A stretch of 32,000 nucleotides of DNA, taken from Faecalibaculum rodentium. Lineage in GTDB: Bacteria > Bacillota_I > Bacilli_A > Erysipelotrichales > Erysipelotrichaceae. A program made the position numbers and the translations under genes. Under the pieces are notes generated by a model, which did not search any database, had not been told where the DNA came from, and saw only the letters and a list, made by a program, of their open reading frames with translations. The stretch spans positions 1,320,001-1,352,000 of the forward strand of contig NZ_CP011391.1 in assembly GCF_001564455.1 (NCBI RefSeq). Direction: 5' to 3'. Within the stretch, counting starts at the first letter, position 1. Each line of letters starts with the position of its first letter. Positions 9,026 through 17,279 of this stretch are shown here, piece after piece.

Positions 9026-9958
9026 TCAGCGTTTCACTTTCGGAGGCTGCGCTGTTGCAGCGGCATCCTCTTCCTTCACGAACTCCCTGGCAGCAGTGAG
9101 CAGACTTGCCATGTTCTGCAGGTCGCTGGGCACCACGATTTTTGTGGCCTTGCCATCTGCCAGCTTTTCGTACGTCTTCAGTCCCTGGAGAGAGAGATAC
9201 TCTTTGGAGGGATCCGCATTCCGGATCATTTCGATGCCCTTTGCTTCCGCCTCATAGACACGCTCCATGGCCTGAGCCTTGCCTTCGGCTTCCGCGATCA
9301 TGGCCTCTTTCTGGGCATTGGCACGCAGGACCAAGGCTTCCTTCTCGCCTTCCGCAGTCAGGATCCGCGAACGCTTCTCACCTTCGGCTTTCAGGATGGA
9401 TTCCCGCCGTTCACGTTCCGCCCGCATCTGTTTTTCCATGGCTTCCTGGATATCGCGCGGCGGAATGATGTTCTTCACTTCCACGCGCCCGACCTTGATG
9501 CCCCAGGGATCGGTGGCTTCGTCCAGAATCGCCCGCATCTTGGTGTTGATGATGTCTCTGGACGTCAATGTCTCGTCCAGTTCCAGCTCGCCGATGATGT
9601 TTCGCAGGGTGGTGGCAGTCAGCGTTTCGATTGCTGTCACGGGACCCACCACACCATAAGTATAAAGCTTAGGATCCGTGATCTGATAATACACCACAGT
9701 ATCGATCTGCATGGTGACATTGTCCTTGGTGATCACAGGCTGCGGCGCAAAGTCCTGCACCACTTCCTTCAGTGTCACTTTGTTGGCAATGCGGTCAATG
9801 AACGGCATTTTCAGGTGCAGTCCTGTGTTCCAGGTGGTATTGTACGCACCCAGCCGTTCCACCACATAGGCGTTGGCCTGGGGAACGACTTTCACGATGG
9901 AAAACAGCAGTGCAGCCAGAAGAACGACCAGTACGGCAATGAAAATGATCTGCATCAT
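9026..9958 (-). CDS. SPFH/Band-7 (stomatin/QmcA-like) membrane-scaffold protein
   Basis: 310 aa. N-terminal TM helix, SPFH core (VPQANAYVVERLGAY...ITKDNVTMQIDTVVYYQI), and a coiled-coil Ala/Glu-rich C-terminus. Confidence 0.9.
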   Translation of the reverse strand: MMQIIFIAVLVVLLAALLFSIVKVVPQANAYVVERLGAYNTTWNTGLHLKMPFIDRIANKVTLKEVVQDFAPQPVITKDNVTMQIDTVVYYQITDPKLYTYGVVGPVTAIETLTATTLRNIIGELELDETLTSRDIINTKMRAILDEATDPWGIKVGRVEVKNIIPPRDIQEAMEKQMRAERERRESILKAEGEKRSRILTAEGEKEALVLRANAQKEAMIAEAEGKAQAMERVYEAEAKGIEMIRNADPSKEYLSLQGLKTYEKLADGKATKIVVPSDLQNMASLLTAAREFVKEEDAAATAQPPKVKR

Positions 9959-10395
9959 AGAGATTCTCCTTTCACCTCGGTGACCACGAGCTTGGCCCCT
10001 TCAATGGCCAGTACGCGGACGCGGCTTCCCTTTTCGATGAGCCGGTGGTCTCTGTCCACCGCACTCCAGTACGTATGACCGGCATACACCTCACCCCAGC
10101 GGTCGGGGTCGATGGTCCTGGTCACGGTTGCGACCGTACCAATCACCCGGTCGGCATTGGTGGGTTCGATATTGCCACGCAGATATTTCGCCGCGATGGG
10201 CCGAACAACGAGCATGCACAGCAGCGACACGATCACGAAGACAGCGATCTGCACCCAGTCAGGCAAGTGCAGCACCGACAGCAGCCAGGCACACAGTGCA
10301 CCGCAGGCAAACCAGATGCTGACGAGTGCCGTCGGCGTGGCCAGTTCCAGTATCACGGCAATTGCCGCCAGGCCCAGCCAGATCCAAAACATCAT
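9955..10395 (-). CDS. NfeD family protein (membrane helices plus C-terminal OB-fold)
   Basis: 146 aa with two or three N-terminal TM helices and a soluble beta-rich C-terminus (GTVATVTRTIDPDRWGEVYAGHTYWSAV...VRVLAIEGAKLVV). ATGA overlap with the SPFH gene, the classic NfeD-SPFH operon. Confidence 0.85.
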   Translation of the reverse strand: MMFWIWLGLAAIAVILELATPTALVSIWFACGALCAWLLSVLHLPDWVQIAVFVIVSLLCMLVVRPIAAKYLRGNIEPTNADRVIGTVATVTRTIDPDRWGEVYAGHTYWSAVDRDHRLIEKGSRVRVLAIEGAKLVVTEVKGESL

Positions 10396-10766
10396 ACTGA
10401 TTCCTCCGTTTTCTTCAGGTCGATCACCAGGATACCATCTGCCTCATTCCATTCAGCGGGAAACTTTTCCCCGCTGGGCTGTCGCCCAATCAGACGGCTG
10501 ATCTCCCGCACGGCTTCCTTGTTGGAGATCCTGGCATAGCCCTTCCCCACAGACAGTTTCTGAATCTGCCCTGCCGGTACGGCGCCGGTTTCGATCTGCC
10601 GTTTCTCCACCGGCTGGACAGCCATGAGCCACTGTTCCGGGTCCACGCCAATCCGGACGTACCGGCAGTTTTTCAGGGATGCAGCTGCAGCACTGTTGAG
10701 CGTAATGGCTGCTTCATTGATTGTGGCCTGCATGCAGAAGACATTCCCTTTCATCCAGTTGTACAT
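10392..10766 (-). CDS. Hypothetical protein, first gene of the NfeD-SPFH operon
   Basis: 124 aa. The ATG is preceded by AGGAGGT with an 8-nt spacer, and the stop overlaps the NfeD ATG. No domain recognised. Confidence 0.6.
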   Translation of the reverse strand: MYNWMKGNVFCMQATINEAAITLNSAAAASLKNCRYVRIGVDPEQWLMAVQPVEKRQIETGAVPAGQIQKLSVGKGYARISNKEAVREISRLIGRQPSGEKFPAEWNEADGILVIDLKKTEESV

Positions 10767-10961
10767 GGGGGCGTACCTCCTGTGGCTACAGAATACACGT
10801 CTCCGCAGGTTTCTGCAAGTTCTGATTTTTCTGATTTTTCAGGCAGTCAGATACCTCGGCCTGCCGTTGATGTCTGATCCCATGAAAAAAAGTCGACTGC
10901 CAATCCTCAGAACTTGCGTTGTCCCGGATTCCATATTCATGCCTGTCAATAACAGTCCTCA

Positions 10962-11008
10962 ACCAAAAAAGACCAGGGGGCCAGACACAGAAAACCGCCA
11001 TCTGCGTC
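10962..11008 (-). terminator. Terminator-like repeat, copy B (paralogue of 11087-11153)
   Basis: Minus strand reads GACGCAGA-TGGCGGTT-TTCTGTGTC, then TGGCCCCCTGGTCTTTTTTGG. It shares the ...TTTCTGTGT..TGGC.CCCTGGTCTTTTTTGGT tail with copy A. Confidence 0.45.
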
Positions 11009-11086
11009 CATCCTGTCTCCGGCATGTCACAGTCTTCTCAAAACGTTGCACTCTCCTCATCCCCGAAGCACCTGTCTCAACATTCC

Positions 11087-11153
11087 ACCAAAAAAGACCA
11101 GGGAGCCACACACAGAAAGACACTCGTCTTTCTGCGTCTGGCCGCCTGGTCTG
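11087..11153 (-). terminator. Rho-independent terminator of the phosphoesterase operon (repeat copy A)
   Basis: Minus strand forms a long hairpin, GACCAGG..CAGAAAGAC-GAGT-GTCTTTCTG..CCTGGTC, followed by TTTTTTGG. It begins 10 nt after the stop at 11164. Confidence 0.65.
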
Positions 11154-11163
11154 GCCCTGTGCT

Positions 11164-11676
11164 CTATTGCCAGAACCAGCGCTTCTTCTTCCGGTCCGCA
11201 CCCGAATCCTTCGGCCACTGGTCTTCGTATTTGAATTTCACCGAAATATCGCCATCTTCCGCTGTGATCACCGCGTAGCTCGCCGGCCGGCCATCCCGGC
11301 TCATCCAGCAGGATCCGGGATTTACCAGCCGCACAGAGCCGATCTGCCGGTCATCATGCACATGGGTATGCCCGTACAAGGCCAACGTACAGTGTTCTTC
11401 CCCCGCCTCGCGCGCAATGGCCTGCTGTCTGCAGGAATAGGGAAACGTGTGTCCATGACACAGATAGATGTGCAGTCCCTGAAACAGGATCTCCCTGGTC
11501 AGGGGCATGTCATACATCCAGTCATTGTTGCCTTTGACAAACAGCCACTGGGGATACCGCCTGGGATCATCCTCCAGGTCCCCGCAGTGCAGATACAGGT
11601 CCGCATCCGGTTCCCAGCGTACGATGTCATCCAGAATGTCCCGTCCGTGACTGTCACTGGCTGCCACGATTTTCAT
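11164..11676 (-). CDS. YfcE/MJ0936-family metallophosphoesterase
   Basis: The track ORF runs to 11838, but the ATG at 11676 (MKIVAASDSHG) overlaps the upstream stop (ATGA). The full motif set is present: DSHG, CGDL, GNND, CHGH, GHTHV. Confidence 0.85.
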   Translation of the reverse strand: MKIVAASDSHGRDILDDIVRWEPDADLYLHCGDLEDDPRRYPQWLFVKGNNDWMYDMPLTREILFQGLHIYLCHGHTFPYSCRQQAIAREAGEEHCTLALYGHTHVHDDRQIGSVRLVNPGSCWMSRDGRPASYAVITAEDGDISVKFKYEDQWPKDSGADRKKKRWFWQ

Positions 11677-12692
11677 TGACTCTCCTCCAGGGTCCGGTCT
11701 GCTGCGTGCAGGTCCCGGGCCTTTTCCTGTCCCACATACCGGACCATGAACGGCTGCCATACATGCCCTGTGGATTCCTGTCCCGTTTCCGGCCAGCGGA
11801 TGATGAAGCCGTACCGCCAGGCATTGTCCTGCAGCCACTGGATCCGCTCCTGTTCCTGCTCTGACAGTCCATCATATACGTTTCGGGCAGCCTCGACAGG
11901 CGTACCAGTGAATGCCGGATCCGACAACAGTGTCTTCATGGCCGACATCCAGGCGGCATGTCCGGTCAGAGCCGCTGTCCATCCCAGCTGCTGTTCATTC
12001 TGCCCCGCAGGATAGACCAGCTGGTCATTGTTCACGTCAAGGTACAGCGACTGGGCTTCGTCAAACCGCAGGTAGCCGGTTTCTGCCTCCACTTTGTCTT
12101 CATCCATGACCCGGTGGTATTCCTCCAGCATTTCCGTCAGGGAAGTCGCTGCTTCCGGCTTGAGATAGACGTTGCCCTGCCTGGTCAGGTCCGCCGGAAT
12201 ATATGTCCAGACACTCGCATGTGCACCCGGCATGGCAAACATCTGCGTCGGATCGGGAATCAGCGTCACGTCTTCATGCGGCTGTTCATACCAGTCTGCC
12301 AGCTGGGCATATGAATAGTGCCTGAGCAGCGTCTCCAGGTCTTTCAGCGGCAGGACATCCCGGTAGCGGTTGATGAAATGCACCACGACTTCCGGATCTT
12401 CGTTCTGCGTATCCATCGCCTGGCGATACCACAGCGCATTGTGGACATCAAATTCCGGGAGTGTCAGGAACTCCATGAACACCCCTGGCTGCAGCTGCTG
12501 GTTGATGAGATAGTCGATGTCTTCCTGATCCATATATGCCAGTATGGTCTCCCGCTGGGTTTCATCTGCATAGGGATAGCGGGCCAGCGGATCATACCCG
12601 CGGTTGACAGTATACAGACAGGTACCGGCCACACCCGCGCAAAACAAGATCAGGGCCCAGCGATATGGCAGTACAGATTTTTCCGTTTTCAT
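11673..12692 (-). CDS. Membrane-anchored VanY/LdcB-like (peptidase M15B) homologue with a degenerate active site
   Basis: 339 aa with an N-terminal TM anchor. The C-terminal WLQDNAWRYGFIIRWPETG...GHVWQPFMVRYVG aligns to the family consensus ...YGFI.RYP...EPWH.RYVG. GQNEQQLGWTAAL aligns to G.SEHQTG.A.D. In that alignment His, Asp, Glu and His are Gln, Ala, Gln and Met. Confidence 0.7.
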   Translation of the reverse strand: MKTEKSVLPYRWALILFCAGVAGTCLYTVNRGYDPLARYPYADETQRETILAYMDQEDIDYLINQQLQPGVFMEFLTLPEFDVHNALWYRQAMDTQNEDPEVVVHFINRYRDVLPLKDLETLLRHYSYAQLADWYEQPHEDVTLIPDPTQMFAMPGAHASVWTYIPADLTRQGNVYLKPEAATSLTEMLEEYHRVMDEDKVEAETGYLRFDEAQSLYLDVNNDQLVYPAGQNEQQLGWTAALTGHAAWMSAMKTLLSDPAFTGTPVEAARNVYDGLSEQEQERIQWLQDNAWRYGFIIRWPETGQESTGHVWQPFMVRYVGQEKARDLHAADRTLEESQ

Positions 12693-12696
12693 CGCT

Positions 12697-14670
12697 TTAT
12701 TTTACCATATCGGGCCGAGACTCTTCCCTGCCCGATTCCTTCTCATCAGACCCGGCTTCTTCCGCTTCAGGACTATCCGGATTCCTGGCTGCATCCAGTG
12801 CGGCCAGCTGAGCCGCCAGCGCTGCCAGTTCTGCATCTTCCGCATTCCTGTCATCCGCTTCGGGAGCGGATCCCATCGGCATCCCGGGTTGTACAGAAGA
12901 CTGCTGCAGGCGTTCCTTCAGGCGCAGGGCCACATCATGCGGCAGCACTTCCTCCAGCTCCTCCAGCGTGGCGGATTTCATGCGCTTCATGCTTTTGAAC
13001 TTCTTCTGCAGTTCCTGCTTCCGAGCCGGACCGATTCCCGGGACTTCATCCAGAATGCTGCGGGTCATGCGTTTCGACCGTCTCTGCCGGTGGTAGGATA
13101 TGGCGAACCGGTGCACTTCATCCTGCATGCGGGTCAGCAGGAAAAACAGCGGCTCCTTCCGGTCCAGCGGGACTTCCGTTCCGTCTTCCCGGAGCAGACC
13201 CCTGGTGGAATGCCGGTCATCCTTGACCAGACCGCCAATGGTCAGGTCCAGCCCCAGGTCCTGTTTGATGGCTGATGCCGCCTGGACCTGCTGGAGGCCG
13301 CCGTCCACGAGCAGGAGATCGGGCATGGGCCTGTCCTGCTGGAGAAGGCGGAAATAGCGCCGATACAGCACTTCCTTCATGGAATCCAGATCTGAACGGT
13401 AGCCGTCCAGTTTGTAATGCCGGTACTGCGTCTTGTCCGGGGAGCCATCCCTGAACACCACCAGACCGGAGACATTTTCCGATCCCTGCAGATGGGAGTT
13501 GTCGAAGAGCTCCACGGTGTGGACCGGCTTGCCGAAGATCTGCGAGAGTCCGCTGTTGGCTTCCGCGAGTTCCTGGTCCTTTTTGTATGCCAGCTGGAAC
13601 TTCTGTTCATGGGCTGTCCGGGCGTTCTCGGCCGCCAGATCCGCCAGTTTTTTCTTATCACCCCGCAGCGGGATGCGGACATGGGTTTTCCTGCCGCCGC
13701 CTTCTTCCGACAGGGCTTCTTCCAGGCCTGCTGCATCCGTGCCCTGCGGAACCAGGATTTCCCGGGGGACGATGTTGTTCTGATAGTACTGGAGAATGAA
13801 CGACTCGAACTCCTCCTGGCTGTCGCCGTAGACCGGTGCCACGCTCAGGGTGCGCTCCAGGAGCTTTCCTTCCCGCAGGATCAGACCATAGATGCTCAGG
13901 TAGCCCTTGTCTTCATACCATCCGAAGACATCCCGGTCTGTCCGGTCCGCAAAGTCGATGGTCTGTTTCTCCATCACATGCTGCAGCGACTCGATCTGCG
14001 TCTGCACCTGGGCAGCGCGTTCGAACTGCAGCTCCATGGACAGGGCATCCCGCCGATTCTCAAGATCCTGCAGGATATCCCCGGCATCGCCTTTCAGGAA
14101 CCGGATGATCTGCCGCCGGATCTCTGCATCCTCCTCATCGGGGATCTTCTGAACGCAGGGACCCAGGCACTGATGCATGTGGTAGTACAGACACACCTGT
14201 TTCGGGAGTGTCCGGCACTTCCGGATGGGAAAGATCCGGTTGATCAGCCGCACGATTTCAAAGGCGCTGGAGGCATTGGGGTACGGCCCGAAATACTGAC
14301 TGGTTTTGTTCGTCAGCCGACGTGTTCGACGCACGGCGACGGGATTGGTGCCGGTCACTTCAATGTAGGGATAACTTTTGTCATCCATGAACATGATGTT
14401 GTACGGCGGCCGGTGAAGCTTGATGAGGTTGATTTCCAGCAGCAGGGCTTCCTTCTCGGAGTCCGTGACGATGAACTCGAAGTCCCGGATGTGCGAAACC
14501 AGCCGGGTGGTTTTCATGTCATGCGCGCCATGGAAATATGACCGCACCCGGTTTTTCAGCACTTTGGCCTTGCCAACATACAAAATTGAGCCGTTCTCGT
14601 CCTTCATGATGTAGCATCCGGGTTTGTCGGGCAGCAGCGAGAGCTTGTGCTGCAGATGTTCTGTGATCAT
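12697..14670 (-). CDS. uvrC: Excinuclease ABC subunit C
   Basis: 657 aa. GIY-YIG N-terminus (GCYIMKDENGSILYVGKAKVLKNRVRSY), UVR domain, RNase H-like endonuclease and HhH (VPGIGPARKQEL). There is an extra acidic tail of about 65 aa. Confidence 0.95.
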   Translation of the reverse strand: MITEHLQHKLSLLPDKPGCYIMKDENGSILYVGKAKVLKNRVRSYFHGAHDMKTTRLVSHIRDFEFIVTDSEKEALLLEINLIKLHRPPYNIMFMDDKSYPYIEVTGTNPVAVRRTRRLTNKTSQYFGPYPNASSAFEIVRLINRIFPIRKCRTLPKQVCLYYHMHQCLGPCVQKIPDEEDAEIRRQIIRFLKGDAGDILQDLENRRDALSMELQFERAAQVQTQIESLQHVMEKQTIDFADRTDRDVFGWYEDKGYLSIYGLILREGKLLERTLSVAPVYGDSQEEFESFILQYYQNNIVPREILVPQGTDAAGLEEALSEEGGGRKTHVRIPLRGDKKKLADLAAENARTAHEQKFQLAYKKDQELAEANSGLSQIFGKPVHTVELFDNSHLQGSENVSGLVVFRDGSPDKTQYRHYKLDGYRSDLDSMKEVLYRRYFRLLQQDRPMPDLLLVDGGLQQVQAASAIKQDLGLDLTIGGLVKDDRHSTRGLLREDGTEVPLDRKEPLFFLLTRMQDEVHRFAISYHRQRRSKRMTRSILDEVPGIGPARKQELQKKFKSMKRMKSATLEELEEVLPHDVALRLKERLQQSSVQPGMPMGSAPEADDRNAEDAELAALAAQLAALDAARNPDSPEAEEAGSDEKESGREESRPDMVK

Positions 14671-14775
14671 ATCCGGTTCCTCCTTCCTCTGTCTGTTCCG
14701 GCTGTGTCCGGTTTTTCGGCAGTCTCTGTCTGATGTCAGTCCCCCACAGGTCTTGGGACAGGTGTCAGCGGTCTG

Positions 14776-17112
14776 TCAGCGCAGGGTGACGATGGTCGCT
14801 CCCAGGCCTCCATCCGAAGGGCCCGCCGCTTCATAGGACTTGATGGTGCTGCGCTTCGAAAGATCCTTCCAGACCGCTGACCGCAGGCGCCCGGTTCCCA
14901 TGCCATGGATGATCCGCACCACTGTGGCGTGATGCACCACCGCCTGGTCGAGGTAGTGGTCCAGGGCGTCCAGTCCTTCCTCCACCCGCATGCCGATGAT
15001 GTTGAGCTCCGACGGAAAGCGGCTTGCCACTGCATCAACCCGATGGGTGCGTTCCGGTTTTCTGATTACGGGCCTGGCCATGGGTTCCAGTTTGGAAAGC
15101 TTGACTCTGGTCCTGATGCCATTGGCCAGCACTGTGGCTTCCTTGCGCCGGATGTCCACGATCTCGCCGTGTGTATTCAGACCTGTCAGGCGTACATAGT
15201 CGCCCACATGGAAGACATGCGGTTTCGTGGAGGCGGATGTCTCCGGCTCTGCCCCGTCCGCTTCCTCATCCTGTCCCAGGCTGTTGAGTTTTGTACGGTC
15301 AGCCACAAGCTCATGCAGTTTTTCCTTGCCCTTCAGGTCCTGGATGATCCGTTCGGCTTCTTCCCGTTTTTCGTCCAGCATCGAGTCCAGGTTCGCCGCA
15401 TATTCCTCCCGGATCCGCTGCCGGTCCTTCCGGGCTTTTTCCTTTTCCTGGTCCGCTTCTTTCTGCAGGCGGTGCGCATCGTCGATCAGGGACCGGAACC
15501 GCTCTTCCTTGTGACGTACGGTTTCCTGGAGACGCTCGAGGTTCTCCAGTTCGCGCTGCACCTGGGAGGCTTCCTGTTCCTTGCGTTCCCGGGCCCGGTC
15601 AATGACGGAAGTCGGCAGACCGCAGCGGGCTGCAATGTCAAAGGCATAACTGGCGCCGGACACATCTTCCACATACCGGTAAGTCGGCTGGAGTGTCTCT
15701 GCGTCAAACTCCATGCTGGAGACGAGTACACCGTCAGCTGCCTTGCCCCAGGATTTCACCTGGGAATAGTGGGTGGATGTCAGCACAGTGGCTCCTTTGT
15801 CCATCAGGTCTTCCAGCACCGCGACGGCCAGACTGGCCCCTTCCAGGGGATCAGTGCCATTGCCGACTTCATCCAGCAGGGCGAAGGTTCCCCTGCCGGC
15901 GCTGGACACCAGGCCTGAAATGCGTGTCATGTGACTGGAAAACGTCGAGAGATTCTCGGAAATGGACTGGTTGTCGCCAATGTCGAACCACATGGATTCA
16001 TACCAGGGCAGCAGGGCTTCATGGGCCGGCACCGGAAACCCTGCCTGGGCAAGAACCACACAGATCCCCACGGTCTTCAGCGTCACGGTCTTTCCACCCA
16101 TGTTGGGGCCCGAGATCATGAGTACCTGCTGACGCGGCTTGAGGCGGTAGTCGTTGGCGACGGCTTTCTCCCGGTCCAGCAGCGGGTGGACTGCATGCAC
16201 CAGCCGCAGGGAGCCGTCCCGTTCCTGGAGGGAAGGAATGACACCGTCCACGTCCAGGACCCAGCGTCCCTTGGCCAGGGCTGTATCGATTTCCGTCACG
16301 GTTTCGAAGTCGCTTTCCAGGGAAAACGCCGCATTGCCCACCCGTTTTGTCAGATCCCGGCAGATCCGGTGTTTCTCTTCTTCGATTTCCGCCTGCAGGC
16401 TCTGGACATGGGAGTTGGCTTCCACGAAGGCAGCCGGTTCCACATAAAAGGCCTGTCCCGACTGACTGGACCCGTGAATCATGCCCCCGAACCGGTATTT
16501 GTCCTGAGCCTTGACCAGCACGCAGAGCCGGCCGCCAATGGAGGTGGTCATGTGCTCCATGAGCGCAGGGCTGTTCATTTTCACGAACTCCCGGCCGCGG
16601 GCAGCCAGGGAGGCCCTGGACTGTGTGAGTTCCCGGTTCAGGCGGACTAGCGCCGGACTGGCATCCGGTTTCAGTGTCCCGTCCATGCCCACCGCATCTT
16701 GTATGGCGCTCTCCAGGCGGCTGTCTGCCACGAGGGAGTCCGCCAGCTCCGACAGTTTCGGGTACAGCCCGGCATCAAAGGCCCTGGAGAGGCCATCCAC
16801 GGCACGAAGGAACAGATATACCTCCAGCAGTTCCTGGGTCGTCAGGACCTGTCCTTTCTGCGCCATCTGCAGCACGCTGCGGATGTCTGTGATCCCGGCC
16901 AGAGAGGCGGACTGTCCATTCTGTGTAAAAGTCCTGGCCTCCTGTGCCAGATCCAGCTGCTCCCGTACAAAGATCCGGTCAGTCACCGGCATGGCTTCCC
17001 GGATGCGGGCGGCTGAACCACTGAAGGATGCATAGCCGGCAATCCGGTCGAGTATGTCTGCGTAATCCAGGGCCTGGTTCAACTCCTGGCGAAATGTCTG
17101 GTCGTTTCTCAA
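14776..17112 (-). CDS. mutS2: Endonuclease MutS2 (MutS ATPase plus Smr domain)
   Basis: Walker A GPNMGGKT and a C-terminal Smr domain (IIHGMGTGRLRSAV). The track ORF starts at 17334. I prefer the TTG at 17112, 7 nt after AGGAGG. The alternative ATG at 17136 has no SD and overlaps a TATAAT. Confidence 0.9.
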   Translation of the reverse strand: MRNDQTFRQELNQALDYADILDRIAGYASFSGSAARIREAMPVTDRIFVREQLDLAQEARTFTQNGQSASLAGITDIRSVLQMAQKGQVLTTQELLEVYLFLRAVDGLSRAFDAGLYPKLSELADSLVADSRLESAIQDAVGMDGTLKPDASPALVRLNRELTQSRASLAARGREFVKMNSPALMEHMTTSIGGRLCVLVKAQDKYRFGGMIHGSSQSGQAFYVEPAAFVEANSHVQSLQAEIEEEKHRICRDLTKRVGNAAFSLESDFETVTEIDTALAKGRWVLDVDGVIPSLQERDGSLRLVHAVHPLLDREKAVANDYRLKPRQQVLMISGPNMGGKTVTLKTVGICVVLAQAGFPVPAHEALLPWYESMWFDIGDNQSISENLSTFSSHMTRISGLVSSAGRGTFALLDEVGNGTDPLEGASLAVAVLEDLMDKGATVLTSTHYSQVKSWGKAADGVLVSSMEFDAETLQPTYRYVEDVSGASYAFDIAARCGLPTSVIDRARERKEQEASQVQRELENLERLQETVRHKEERFRSLIDDAHRLQKEADQEKEKARKDRQRIREEYAANLDSMLDEKREEAERIIQDLKGKEKLHELVADRTKLNSLGQDEEADGAEPETSASTKPHVFHVGDYVRLTGLNTHGEIVDIRRKEATVLANGIRTRVKLSKLEPMARPVIRKPERTHRVDAVASRFPSELNIIGMRVEEGLDALDHYLDQAVVHHATVVRIIHGMGTGRLRSAVWKDLSKRSTIKSYEAAGPSDGGLGATIVTLR

Positions 17113-17279
17113 AACACATCCTCCTAACCGATTCATTATAAAGGATAGCGCAGGGCATTGCCACAGGAGTCCCCGGCCATGGCACCACCTGATTCTGGTG
17201 AAGGCCCGGAGACTGCCGAGGCCTGTCCCCTGTCTGCCGGCATCGGCAGAGGGATGACAGAGAGTGGTATCATACTGGC

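Noticed and set aside
11677-11838. 54-codon N-terminal extension of the phosphoesterase ORF
   Set aside because: The extension overlaps the upstream VanY-like gene in another frame and is Gly/Pro/Ala-rich. The family N-terminus (MKIVAxSDxHG) begins exactly at the ATGA overlap at 11676.
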